64,000 nt of DNA from an uncultured bacterium (GTDB lineage Bacteria > Bipolaricaulota > Bipolaricaulia > RBG-16-55-9 > DRJF01). Below the pieces are notes generated by a model that worked only from the letters and a program-made list of their open reading frames with translations, was not told where the DNA came from and did not search any database. The stretch covers positions 7,117 to 71,116 of the forward strand of contig CAJXGD010000004.1 of assembly GCA_913053845.1 (NCBI GenBank). The letters run 5' to 3'. A program made the position numbers and the translations under genes. Positions within the stretch are counted from its first letter, which is position 1; every line of letters begins with the position of its first letter. Positions 10,280 through 20,056 of this stretch are shown piece by piece.

Positions 10280-10463
10280 GCAATTCCTCCCTAGAGAGGG
10301 TTTCCCCTGCTTGGAACTCTTGCTTGGCCTTGGTCCAACGCTCAGTTAACTCGGCCTGTAAGGCGGGATTGAAGAGGATCTCCAGCGTCTCAAGCTCACC
10401 GGGCGACAACTCTTGTAAAGCCTTTGCCAATTGATCTAACCGTAGTTCAACTTTAGGCATCAT
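10269..10463 (-). CDS. Putative antitoxin of the RelE module
   Basis: Small acidic helical protein ending AKQEFQAGETLSREEL; overlaps the relE start. Confidence 0.7.
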   Translation of the reverse strand: MMPKVELRLDQLAKALQELSPGELETLEILFNPALQAELTERWTKAKQEFQAGETLSREELLAE

Positions 10464-10518
10464 GATCACCTGTTACCCTTGTGTTAAGACTATCCTCATC
10501 TGTAACTGGCTGTCAAAC

Positions 10519-11076
10519 TTATCCCTGCACTTGCCCTGCACAAGGCTCGATTGGATAATGAGCTGTGATCCACTCTCCGATGACGTTCCGGCGGGCCAGA
10601 TGATGCGCGTAGTGCAGATGCAGGCATTTGACCCGCTCGAGGTCGCCCAGCCCCCCGATGCCGCGCTCCCAAAAGGCAGCCCACCAGCGCGGATCACGCC
10701 GCACCCGCTCTTTGTCTCGTTGATTTAACGAGCTCCAGCGCTCCAGTTGATAGGCGCGTTGGTCACTAGCATAGCGCGCGCGCAGCCGGACGTCGCTGCG
10801 GAACAGCTCTTCAAGCTTACGAATCAGTCCCTGATGCTCTAGCTTAGCAATCTGGCGAACCAGCCTGGGGCAGCTCAGCCAAAAGATGGTCGGGAAGGGC
10901 TCTAATAGGCCGGCTTTGTTCTCGATCAGCGGATAGACTCGAATCACCTGGGGATGGCCGGCCAGGCAGTAGCGCTCGACCTGCAATAACCCTCGCGGCT
11001 CTCGACCTAACTGGCGGGCGATAAGCCCCAGTTCTTCTGGGCTGACCTCGGATCGCTGGCTGATTGCGGGGCACAT
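10519..11076 (-). CDS. DUF501-family protein
   Basis: RQLGREPRG, PFPTIFWLSCP, GIGG...VKCLHLHYAHHL motifs. Confidence 0.88.
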   Translation of the reverse strand: MCPAISQRSEVSPEELGLIARQLGREPRGLLQVERYCLAGHPQVIRVYPLIENKAGLLEPFPTIFWLSCPRLVRQIAKLEHQGLIRKLEELFRSDVRLRARYASDQRAYQLERWSSLNQRDKERVRRDPRWWAAFWERGIGGLGDLERVKCLHLHYAHHLARRNVIGEWITAHYPIEPCAGQVQG

Positions 11077-11083
11077 AGCTCGA

Positions 11084-12781
11084 TCAGGGCGAGGGCGGCG
11101 CTTCGCAATCCAGACAGCGCACTTGCCAGGGCTCGGTCACCTCAATCTCCGGACCGTTGTACTCGCCTAATTCGCCTGTGAGCTCGATCTGACGCCCCTG
11201 GAGAGCAAAGAGATCCAACCCGGAGCCGTTAAAGTGCGAGATGGCGCAGCTAGGAACAAAGCCGGTAAAGTCGGTCTGATAGTCCTTGCCGGCGTCCAGG
11301 AAGATATTGCCCTTCTTCGATTGGAAAACCCCCTGCACGGCGTAGCGCACCGTGACCGTTTGCCCCAGATATTTTCTCTCTTTGGCGCTCTCGGTTGACA
11401 AGAGGGCAATGTCGCCCGGTACGCTGGCCTCACGCTCGTTGGAGTAGCCGGTCCACTGTCCGGCGCTCCGGCTCCTCACCCGATAAAAATAGCGCCTTCC
11501 CGGCGAGAGCCCCCGATCGACATAGTACCAGGCACTGCCCGGCAGGTCGGCGCGCTGCTCGCAAGGTCCAGCGGAAGAGCTCGCTCGGCAGACCTCATAC
11601 CGATCAATCAGGCCCATCTGCTGCGGTCGCCAACTGACCAGTGCCGTGCCGTCGCCCGCCGTACCGAACTGCTGGATCTCCACCCGCGGTGGCTCGCTCC
11701 TGTCCGATTGGTAGCGCAGGGCATCCTGATAGAGCCGGTCAAAGTTCTGACGATAGCGCTCCGCGACCTTGGCGCTGCGGATCACCAGCAGGTCTTCATC
11801 GTTGGCCCCACTAGGGCTGGTCCCCAGACCGGAGGCCGACCAGTTGGCCGAGCCGGAGACCACGATCTGATCGTCAATCACGGCATACTTGTCGTGCAGC
11901 AACCCGGGGTCGGCATCCAGCGTTCCGATGCCAGCTTGCAGCAACTCGTCCACCTTGGAGAACTGGCAGCCTGCCAGGCCGGTGAAGTCCCAGATGGCCT
12001 GGATCGTCACCCCCCGTTGCTGGGCCGCTAAGAGCGCCTGGAAAATATCGTTCTGGGTGAAGGCGAACATGGCGATCTCGATGCTGGACTTTGCCTGCTC
12101 GATCAACTGTTGCAGCATTTTCTCCGGGTGATCGGCGGGCGAGAAATAAATTGCGATCGGCGTGCCGTTAAGCTGAAAACGCTCTTGATTATTGTCCTCG
12201 CTCTGGCGGCCGAATTTCTTTTGGACGAACATTTGGGTGAATTCAGCCTCATAGGCCCTTGCCACGGCTTGATCAACGATCTGGATCGCATTGTTGGCAT
12301 CGAAGTAAAGCCCTGCTTTGGTCCAGTTGGTCGAGCCGGACCAGACGGTTTCTCCGTCTACTATGACGAACTTATCGTGCATCAGGCGTCGGTTGTTATC
12401 CAACTGCAACTGCACACAGGAGGGGAACGGCTGACCGTGGAAGGTCCCGCGCTCGAGCAGCAGCCTGACCCGCACCCCCCGGCGGCAGGCCCGCTCCAGC
12501 GCTTGCATAATCGGCTGGGCGCTGACGCTGTAGACGGCGGCATCGAGCGACTTAGCCGCCGAGTCCAGCAGGGCGATCAGCGCCGGGGCGAGCTGACCCC
12601 CCTGGGCTTTCAGGTCGGTCATCAGCGGCAGACCGGCTAAGGGGTCATTGAAGTAGACGTTCAGCGAGCTGGGCCCGCTCTGACCAGCGTTGCTCTGACC
12701 GGAGCAGGCGCTCAGTCCCCCGGCGAGCAGGGCTACGATCATCATCGCGCTGAGTGCCATACGTGTTAGCCTGCCGGACAT
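11084..12781 (-). CDS. Phospholipase D/nuclease-superfamily lipoprotein with FN3-like and OB-fold-like C-terminal domains
   Basis: Lipobox LSAC; two HKD motifs (MHDKFVIVD...GSTNW and LHDKYAVID...GSANW); YYVDRGLSPGRRYFYRV. Start set at ATG 12781, just after the E1-alpha stop. Confidence 0.85.
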   Translation of the reverse strand: MSGRLTRMALSAMMIVALLAGGLSACSGQSNAGQSGPSSLNVYFNDPLAGLPLMTDLKAQGGQLAPALIALLDSAAKSLDAAVYSVSAQPIMQALERACRRGVRVRLLLERGTFHGQPFPSCVQLQLDNNRRLMHDKFVIVDGETVWSGSTNWTKAGLYFDANNAIQIVDQAVARAYEAEFTQMFVQKKFGRQSEDNNQERFQLNGTPIAIYFSPADHPEKMLQQLIEQAKSSIEIAMFAFTQNDIFQALLAAQQRGVTIQAIWDFTGLAGCQFSKVDELLQAGIGTLDADPGLLHDKYAVIDDQIVVSGSANWSASGLGTSPSGANDEDLLVIRSAKVAERYRQNFDRLYQDALRYQSDRSEPPRVEIQQFGTAGDGTALVSWRPQQMGLIDRYEVCRASSSAGPCEQRADLPGSAWYYVDRGLSPGRRYFYRVRSRSAGQWTGYSNEREASVPGDIALLSTESAKERKYLGQTVTVRYAVQGVFQSKKGNIFLDAGKDYQTDFTGFVPSCAISHFNGSGLDLFALQGRQIELTGELGEYNGPEIEVTEPWQVRCLDCEAPPSP

Positions 12782-12788
12782 GAGCGTC

Positions 12789-13913
12789 TCAGTCTTGCTC
12801 TTTTCTGCTCTGGAGCTGGGTGCGCAGCTCGCGCAACTGGGCTTGCAGATGCCAAGGCATCCGGGCATACACGTCCTCGAAGAGGCTCTCAGGCGCCGGG
12901 GGAGCGGCCGCCTCGGCGACCGCGATAGCCTGGCCGATCTCTTCGTCCAGTGCTTGGCGCAGCGTCTCATCGTCACCATCGCTCCAGAGTTCTTTAGCTT
13001 GGAGATAATGGGCAAATCGCTTGATAGGATCACGCTTTTGCCAGGTGCGTACCTCGGCCTGGCTGCGATAGCGGCTGGGGTCGTCCGAGGAGGAGTGACC
13101 GCCGACGCGATAGGTCACGGCTTCGATCAGCGTCGGTCCACCTCCGGAGCGGGCTCGCTCGGTGGCCTCTTTGGTGGCACGATAGACGGCCAGCACGTCG
13201 TTGCCGTCCACCCGCAGGCCGGGGAAGCCGTAGGCCTCGGCCTTGACGGCTATATTGGGCGCCGCCGTCTGCCGGGCCAGGGGAACCGAGATGGCCCACT
13301 GGTTGTTCTGGCAGAGGAAGACCACCGGGGCGCGCGCGACGCCGGCGAAGTTCATCGCCACATGAAAATCCCCTTCGGAAGTGGCGCCGTCGCCCAGATA
13401 GGCCAGGGCGACCAGCGGATCGCCTTTGAGCTTGGCCGCCCAGGCGAAGCCGACCGCGTGGGGCAACTGGGTGGCGATGCAACTGGACCAACTGACGAAA
13501 TGGGAGGGTTGATGTGAATAGTGACAGGGCATCTGGTGACCCTGCTGCAGGTCGAGGGAGTTGCCGATGCACTGAGCTACCAGTTGCTCCAGAGGGTAGC
13601 CGCGCAGCAGGGCGGCTCCTCCCTGACGCAAGGCGGGGAAGATCCAATCTTCCGGCCGCAAGGCGTAGGCGCTGCCGATCACGCTGGCCTCTTCGCCGGT
13701 GGAGACGCCGTAGAAACCGATGCGGCCCTGGCGCTGCAGCTTGAGCAGCCGTTCATCGAGCAGCCGGGTGAGCAGCATGGCCCGATAGAGCCGCTGCAGC
13801 TCCTCCGGGTCCAGTTGCGGATCGAGTTGGGGGTCGGCCCGTCCCGTTTCAGCCAGCACTTGCAACAGGTCGGCGCTTTTCTTTCCTGATCGTGGTTTGG
13901 TGCTCTTGGGCAT
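12789..13913 (-). CDS. 2-oxoacid (branched-chain/pyruvate) dehydrogenase E1 alpha subunit
   Basis: LQRQGRIGFY; TPP motif GDGATSEGDF...NNQWAIS; TYRVGGHSSSDDPSRYR; GGAGAG RBS before ATG 13913. Confidence 0.93.
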   Translation of the reverse strand: MPKSTKPRSGKKSADLLQVLAETGRADPQLDPQLDPEELQRLYRAMLLTRLLDERLLKLQRQGRIGFYGVSTGEEASVIGSAYALRPEDWIFPALRQGGAALLRGYPLEQLVAQCIGNSLDLQQGHQMPCHYSHQPSHFVSWSSCIATQLPHAVGFAWAAKLKGDPLVALAYLGDGATSEGDFHVAMNFAGVARAPVVFLCQNNQWAISVPLARQTAAPNIAVKAEAYGFPGLRVDGNDVLAVYRATKEATERARSGGGPTLIEAVTYRVGGHSSSDDPSRYRSQAEVRTWQKRDPIKRFAHYLQAKELWSDGDDETLRQALDEEIGQAIAVAEAAAPPAPESLFEDVYARMPWHLQAQLRELRTQLQSRKEQD

Positions 13914-14050
13914 CGGGTGCTCTCCTTCCATAGGAGTGTCTAGCCATACGCTCCTACTGATCTCCGTCATTCTAGGTCAAGTGCAGACCGAAGGCAAATT
14001 GCTTCCGTCAGAAAGAGTGCGCCAGGTGATATAATACTCTCTGAAGCGAC

Positions 14051-14079
14051 TTGACAAGAGGTGAGTGGCTAGGTATAGT
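14051..14079 (+). promoter_or_regulatory. Near-consensus sigma70 promoter
   Basis: TTGACA-N17-TATAGT. Confidence 0.75.
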
Positions 14080-14082
14080 AGT

Positions 14083-14370
14083 AAAAGGCCGAAGCAAGGT
14101 TCTTTGGCCTGAAGGGTAGTAAAGAGGGCAAACGGTTAGACTTAGAGGAGGGAATATTACGATATATCCTCTCACTTCCCAAGTGAGGCTTACCTCCCAC
14201 GGCTTGGCCGCGGCACCCTTCGTGCGTAGAGCACTAGAGACTCTACCAGCTGCCAGGGTTTTGCTCGCGTAGTTTGCCTCCTTAAACGCGGGATTTTTCC
14301 CCAGCGGTTCTTAAACAGCGGGGGTGCCGCGGCACAAGCCACTCTTCCCCTCAGTGCCATACTGGCAGCG
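14083..14370. ncRNA. Candidate structured non-coding RNA (6S-like is one hypothesis)
   Basis: About 18-bp closing stem (14201-14218 with 14322-14340) enclosing sub-hairpins; promoters on both sides; hairpin plus T-run at 14083-14110 on the minus strand; no convincing ORF. Confidence 0.4.
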
Positions 14371-14526
14371 CAGAGTAGCTCAGAGCTGCTCAGTTTGTCA
14401 AGTCGCTCGGCTTAGCGCTGGCGCGATAGGGGTTTGCGCGGCTCTCTCCGATGATCTATAGTCAAGCCATCATCGCTCTAGGGCACTCTCTAGCGCTTCA
14501 GTATCTGTGATAAGGAGGATTTTCAG

Positions 14527-17500
14527 ATGGCTTCACCTGGCTACTATCGCTTTCCCACACTACATAATCAGCAGGTTGTCTTCGTCAGTGAGGATGACCT
14601 GTGGACCGTCCCGACCGGCGGCGGCCTGGCCCGCCGCTTGACCTCCGGCCTGGGCTCGGCCAGCTCGCCCACCCTCTCCCCCGATGGCCAATGGCTGGCC
14701 TTCTCCGGTCGAGACGAGGGACCCACCGAGGTCTATCTCATGCCCGCCCAGGGCGGCCCGCCCCAACGCCTGACCTTCTTGGGCGGCAACCTGCTGGTGG
14801 TGGGCTGGAGCCCTGAAGGGCGGATTCTCTTTGCGGCCAACGCCGCAGAGCCCTTCGCCAATATCTTTCGGCTCTATGCCCTCTCGCCCCAAGCAGGCGA
14901 GTCTCCGGAGCTTTTGCCCACCGGCCCGGCGCTCAGCCTCTCTTATGGCCCCCAGGGCGGCCGGGTCATCGGTCGCAATGCGATAGACCCAGCACGCTGG
15001 AAGCGCTATCGCGGCGGCACCACCGGCGACCTCTGGATAGATCCGCAGGGCTCAGGGGACTGGCGGCGACTGCTCAAGCTGCCGGGCAACCTCTCCCGAC
15101 CGATGTGGATCGGCAAGCGCATCTTCTTCCTCTCCGATCATGAAGGCGTAGGTAATCTTTACTCTTGCCTGCCTTCCGGTCGCAGCTTAAAGCGTCATAC
15201 TGACCATGACGAGTTTTACGTGAGATATCCCGCCTCCGACGGCAAGCGCATCGTCTATCATGCCGGCGCGGATCTGTATATCTACGATCCGGCGAGCGAA
15301 AAGAGCGCTCCCATCGAGATTGAGTATCGCAGCCCCCGCACCCAGCGGCAACGCAAGTTCGTCCAGCCGGCCAAATATTTTGAGGAGTATGACCTGCATC
15401 CTCAAGGGCATCTCTTGGCCCTCACCATGCGTGGCAAGGCTTTTACGCTGGGCAACTGGGAGGGGCCGGTGGTGCAGCATGGCCAGCCGGACGGCGTGCG
15501 CTCGCGCCTGGCCCACTGGCTCAGCGACGGTAAGCGACTGGTGGTCGTCTCCGATGCCCAAGGCGAAGAGCAGTTGGAGATTCACCAGGCCGAAGGTCCG
15601 GAAGCGCCTCAATGCCTCAAGCTCGCGCTGGACATCGGCTCTCCCACTGAGCTGCGCGTCTCGCCGCTGGCCGACCAGCTCGCGCTGGCCAATCATCGCA
15701 ATGAGCTGATCCTGGTAGATCTTAAAACCAAAAAGGCGCGCTTGCTCGATAAGAGCCCCTATGCACCGATCACCGGCTTCGACTGGTCGCCGGACGGGCG
15801 CTGGTTGGCCTATAGCTGCGCTCAAAGCCGGCATACCGCGGTGATCAAGCTCTGCGATACCGAGTCTGGCCAGCTCCATACGGTCACCAAGCCGGTCCTG
15901 CAGGATATCTCGCCGGTCTTCGATCCCGAAGGCAAATATCTGTACTTCTTATCTTACCGCGAATTCGATCCGGTCTACGACAGCTTGCAGTTCGACTTGG
16001 GCTTTCCGCGCGGGGCGCGTCCCTATCTGCTCACGCTGCAAAAGGAGCTGCGCTCGCCGTTCGTGCCGGTGCCCGAGCCGCCTAATGAGAAGGAGAAAGC
16101 TCAAGAGGGCCCAAAAACCACCTCCGAGGACCCAGAGGCCCAGCAGGAGGAGAAGCCTGCTCCGGTCGTGATAGACCTTGAGGGCATCGAAGAGCGTCTG
16201 CTGGCCTTCCCCGTCTCCGATGGGCGATACCAGCAGATCGCTGCGATCAAGGGCAAACTGCTCTACAGTGAGCTGCCGATCGAGGGCAGCCTCAAGCATA
16301 ACTGGTTTCAGATGAGTGAGCCGCCGGCCAAGGCAACGCTCAAGGCCTATGATTTTGAGTCAAAAAAAGAAGAGACGCTGATCAGTGGCCTGACCAGCTT
16401 TAAGCTCTCCGGAGATCACCGGACGCTGGTCTATCGCGCCGGCAATCGCCTGCGGGTGCTCAAAGCGGGCGAGAAGCCCGATGAGAAGCTGGCCAAAGAG
16501 CCGGCCGGCCACAAGTCTGGCTGGATCGACCTGAGCCGGGTCAAGATATCGGTGGTGCCCCCGGCCGAATGGCGTCAGATGTACCGTGAGGCCTGGCGAC
16601 TGCAGCGCGATCACTTCTGGACCCCGGATATGTCGCAGGTGGACTGGCCAGCGATCTATCAGCGCTATCTACCCCTGCTGGAGCGGGTGAGCAGCCGGGC
16701 AGAGTTCTCGGACCTGCTGTGGGAGATGCAGGGCGAGCTGGGCACCTCGCACGCCTACGAGATCGGCGGGGACTATCGGCCGGAGCCCCATTACGACCTG
16801 GGCTTCTTGGGAGCAGATCTGGTCTATGATCGGAAAATTAAAGTCTGGCGGATCGTGCGCATCATTCGCGGCGATCCCTGGGACGATGAAAAGAGCTCTC
16901 CATTGGGACGACCGGGGCTAGGGGTACAGGAAGGGGATACGCTGCTGGCCATCGGCGGACGACCTTTGGATGAAAAACTCTCGCCGGCCGAGCTGTTGGT
17001 TGATCAGGCCGGGGTGGAAATCCTGCTCACTGTGGGCGATGAGCGGGGCAAACACCCCCGCAACCTAGCAGTGAAAACGTTGAGCGGCGAGACGCCGGCG
17101 CGCTATCGCGACTGGGTAGAGCAAAATCGCCGCTATGTCCATGAGCAAACTGGAGGCCGGGTGGGCTATCTGCACATCCCCGACATGGGGCCGCGAGGCT
17201 ACTCCGAATTCCACCGTTACTTTCTCGCTGAGATTGACCGCGAGGGGCTGATCGTTGACGTGCGCTTCAACGGCGGGGGGCACGTTTCCGAGCTTATCTT
17301 GGAGAAATTGGCCCGCCGCCGCGTTGCCTACACCCAAACGCGCTGGTTTGGCACTGAGCCCTATCCTCAGGATTCGGTGGCCGGCCCGCTGGTGGCACTC
17401 ACCAACGAGTATGCCGGCTCGGACGGTGATATCTTCTCGCACAACTTCAAGCTGCTCAAGCTGGGCCCACTGTTGGGGATGCGCACCTGGGGTGGGGTGA

Positions 17501-17778
17501 TCGGCATCTGGCCCCGACAGCGGCTGGTGGACGGTGGGATCACTACGCAACCGGAGTTCTCCTTCTGGTTCAAGGACGTGGGCTGGGGCGTGGAGAATTA
17601 CGGTACCGATCCCGACATCCCCGTCGAGATGCGCCCGCAGGACTACGTAGCCGGTCGGGATCCGCAACTGGAGCGCACAGTAGAGGAAGCCACCAAGCTG
17701 CTGGAGGCTCATCCACCCGCTCGGCCTGATCTGAGCGAGCGGCCCAGTCGCCGGCAGCCTCGATTGCCGGAGCGATAG
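14527..17778 (+). CDS. Tricorn protease homolog (peptidase S41, beta-propellers + PDZ)
   Basis: WKRYRGGTTG, GELGTSHAY, DVRFNGGG, catalytic AGSDGD, GMRTWGGVIG; AAGGAGG RBS. Confidence 0.95.
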   Translation: MASPGYYRFPTLHNQQVVFVSEDDLWTVPTGGGLARRLTSGLGSASSPTLSPDGQWLAFSGRDEGPTEVYLMPAQGGPPQRLTFLGGNLLVVGWSPEGRILFAANAAEPFANIFRLYALSPQAGESPELLPTGPALSLSYGPQGGRVIGRNAIDPARWKRYRGGTTGDLWIDPQGSGDWRRLLKLPGNLSRPMWIGKRIFFLSDHEGVGNLYSCLPSGRSLKRHTDHDEFYVRYPASDGKRIVYHAGADLYIYDPASEKSAPIEIEYRSPRTQRQRKFVQPAKYFEEYDLHPQGHLLALTMRGKAFTLGNWEGPVVQHGQPDGVRSRLAHWLSDGKRLVVVSDAQGEEQLEIHQAEGPEAPQCLKLALDIGSPTELRVSPLADQLALANHRNELILVDLKTKKARLLDKSPYAPITGFDWSPDGRWLAYSCAQSRHTAVIKLCDTESGQLHTVTKPVLQDISPVFDPEGKYLYFLSYREFDPVYDSLQFDLGFPRGARPYLLTLQKELRSPFVPVPEPPNEKEKAQEGPKTTSEDPEAQQEEKPAPVVIDLEGIEERLLAFPVSDGRYQQIAAIKGKLLYSELPIEGSLKHNWFQMSEPPAKATLKAYDFESKKEETLISGLTSFKLSGDHRTLVYRAGNRLRVLKAGEKPDEKLAKEPAGHKSGWIDLSRVKISVVPPAEWRQMYREAWRLQRDHFWTPDMSQVDWPAIYQRYLPLLERVSSRAEFSDLLWEMQGELGTSHAYEIGGDYRPEPHYDLGFLGADLVYDRKIKVWRIVRIIRGDPWDDEKSSPLGRPGLGVQEGDTLLAIGGRPLDEKLSPAELLVDQAGVEILLTVGDERGKHPRNLAVKTLSGETPARYRDWVEQNRRYVHEQTGGRVGYLHIPDMGPRGYSEFHRYFLAEIDREGLIVDVRFNGGGHVSELILEKLARRRVAYTQTRWFGTEPYPQDSVAGPLVALTNEYAGSDGDIFSHNFKLLKLGPLLGMRTWGGVIGIWPRQRLVDGGITTQPEFSFWFKDVGWGVENYGTDPDIPVEMRPQDYVAGRDPQLERTVEEATKLLEAHPPARPDLSERPSRRQPRLPER

Positions 17779-17806
17779 GAATATGTTGTATTAAAGGAGA
17801 ACGATC

Positions 17807-19165
17807 ATGCTGCCTGAGACTGTCGTAAGCTATCTCAACGAGCATTCGGAGCAGTTCGTCGCCGAGTTGCAGCGGCTCTGCCGTCAGCCGAGCGTCTCGG
17901 CCCAGAATCTGGGCTTGGGCGAGTGTGCCGAGCTGGTCAAGACGATGATGGAACAGGTGGGACTGCATACTCAGCTCTTTGAGTTGGAAGCCGGACCGCC
18001 GGTCGTCTACGGCGAGCTGCAGGGCCGCAGCGACAAGACGCTCATCTTCTACGATCATTATGACGTGCAGCCGCCGGAGCCGCTGGAACTGTGGCAGAGC
18101 GATCCCTGGGCGGCAGAGATCCGCGATGGGGTACTCTACGCGCGCGGGGCCTCGGACAACAAGTCGAACATCGTCTCACGGCTCAAGGCTATGGAGGCTT
18201 GGCTGCAAACCGCAGGGCAGTTGCCCTGTTCGGTCAAGTGGGTCATCGAGGGCGAAGAGGAGACGGGCAGCCGACACTTGGGCCAGTTCATTCGTGCCGA
18301 GCGCGCTCGCCTGGCCGGCGATGGCTGCATTTGGGAGTTCGGCGGGCTGGACGACGATGACATCCCGGCGATCGTCTTGGGGCTCAAGGGGATGCTCTAT
18401 GTCGAGCTGACCGCCCGCGGCCCGGCGGCCGACCTGCATTCGGCGCGCGCGGCCATCGTGGAAAATCCGGCTTGGCGGCTTGTGCAAGCTCTGAGCACGA
18501 TTCGCGATGCTGCGGGTCATGTCACGATCGAGGGTTGGTATGAGCGGGTGCGCGACTTCACCCCGGCGGAGCTGGCCGCGCTTGAGGCTGTGCCGCTACC
18601 TGAAGAAGAGCTCAAGCGAGAGCTGGGCATCGCGCATTTCCTGAATGACATGCACGGTCCGGAATTGAAAAAAGCCTTGGCGGGTGGCCCCACGGCCAAC
18701 ATCGCCGGGATTTGGGGAGGCTACAGGGGAGAAGGCCACAAGACGGTGCTGCCGGCCTCTGCCAAGGCCAAGCTCGACTTTCGCCTGGTGCCCGATCAAG
18801 AGCCCGAGGAGCTAGCCGAGCGGCTGCGCAGCCATCTGCAGCGCCACGGTTTTGGCGATCTCGAGCTGCAGATCCAGGCTGCAAGCCCGGCGGCGCGCAC
18901 GCCGCTGGAAGCCGAGATCGTGCGGATGGCGCAGGAGACGGCGCGCCAGGTCTTCGCCAAGGAGCCGATTGTGCAGGTCAGCTCGGCCGGCTCAGGGCCG
19001 ATGGCCCTCTTCAGCGATCTGCTCAAGCTGCCCACGGTAGCCATCGGCTGCAACCACAGCGGCAGCCAAACCCACTCGCCCAACGAGAACCAGCGCCTGG
19101 ACGTCTTCCTCGCCGGGACGCAGTGGATGGCCGCGATGCTAGAGCGCTTCGGGCAAGCAGGATAA
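17807..19165 (+). CDS. M20/M25/M40-family metallopeptidase
   Basis: YDHYDVQP, ARGASDNK, IEGEEETGS, HSPNE. Confidence 0.93.
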   Translation: MLPETVVSYLNEHSEQFVAELQRLCRQPSVSAQNLGLGECAELVKTMMEQVGLHTQLFELEAGPPVVYGELQGRSDKTLIFYDHYDVQPPEPLELWQSDPWAAEIRDGVLYARGASDNKSNIVSRLKAMEAWLQTAGQLPCSVKWVIEGEEETGSRHLGQFIRAERARLAGDGCIWEFGGLDDDDIPAIVLGLKGMLYVELTARGPAADLHSARAAIVENPAWRLVQALSTIRDAAGHVTIEGWYERVRDFTPAELAALEAVPLPEEELKRELGIAHFLNDMHGPELKKALAGGPTANIAGIWGGYRGEGHKTVLPASAKAKLDFRLVPDQEPEELAERLRSHLQRHGFGDLELQIQAASPAARTPLEAEIVRMAQETARQVFAKEPIVQVSSAGSGPMALFSDLLKLPTVAIGCNHSGSQTHSPNENQRLDVFLAGTQWMAAMLERFGQAG

Positions 19166-19264
19166 GGAGGGCTCAACGTAGAGCACTTGCTCCAGGCACA
19201 CCAACCTGTCATCTTTGACAAGCAGAGACCTTTGGTAAGATAATAGGGTGCAGGAGGTCTGGCT

Positions 19265-20056
19265 ATGGAAGAAGAATCGCGGGTCTTGCGTCCACTTTCG
19301 GTTCTCGATCTCTTCGATGAGACTTTCTCGCTCTACCGGAGTAATTTCCTGCTGATGGCCGGCGTGACCGGTCTGGTCTATATCCCACTGGAGATCTTCC
19401 GCCAGACCCAACCCCTTCATCAGCTGAAGATAGGACAAGTGACCGTCAGTTGGAGCGGTCTGCTGATCCTCACGCTCATCATGTTAGCCGCAGGACTCAT
19501 CGTAGAGGCGGCGCTGACCAAGGTGATTACGGAGCGCTATCTAGGACATGAGAGCAGCATCACCGGTGCCTACGGATTCATCCTGCAACGGTTCTACCCT
19601 TTCTTGGGGACCCTGATCCTAATGGGTTTGGCCATCTTGGTGGGATTGATCACCCTGGTCGGCTGGATCATCGTCTTCTTCTGGCTCTCCTTTGTCTTGC
19701 CCGTTTTTGTCGTTGAGGATCGGACTTATGCTGACGCGATGGGGCGCAGCCGCGAGCTGGCCAAGCAGAACTGGGGCCGGATCTTCTTGGTCGGTTTGAT
19801 CACCTGGTTACTGAGCACCATCGTTGGTTTGGGTATCGGGGCGTTGGTACCCTGGCTTTTGGGGACATCGCCCACGGGGATCAAGGCCGTGCTGGCCGGC
19901 ACGCTCCAGGGTATCATTGAAGCTCTCGTGCTGCCGATCGGTTTGATCCCCTTTGTTCTGCTCTACTTTGATCTCCGCGTGCGCAAAGAGGGTTATGACC
20001 TGGAGCTCCTGGCCCAGGAGATGGCCGCGCGAGCGGGAGGTTTGAGCGAACAATAA
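19265..20056 (+). CDS. Integral membrane protein of the MoxR/DUF58 cluster
   Basis: LRPLSVLDLFDETFSLYR N-terminus and LLYFDLRVRKEGYDLE C-terminus, typical of this cluster; about 6 TM segments. Confidence 0.8.
   Translation: MEEESRVLRPLSVLDLFDETFSLYRSNFLLMAGVTGLVYIPLEIFRQTQPLHQLKIGQVTVSWSGLLILTLIMLAAGLIVEAALTKVITERYLGHESSITGAYGFILQRFYPFLGTLILMGLAILVGLITLVGWIIVFFWLSFVLPVFVVEDRTYADAMGRSRELAKQNWGRIFLVGLITWLLSTIVGLGIGALVPWLLGTSPTGIKAVLAGTLQGIIEALVLPIGLIPFVLLYFDLRVRKEGYDLELLAQEMAARAGGLSEQ

Noticed and set aside
14230-14290. Minus-strand ANYASKTLAA reading resembling a tmRNA tag
   Set aside because: No stop codon after LAA, and no tRNA-like ends, T-loop or CCA.
14190-14360. 56-codon minus-strand ORF (MALRGRV...)
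   Set aside because: No RBS, composition not protein-like, and it lies across strong RNA stems; not fully excluded.
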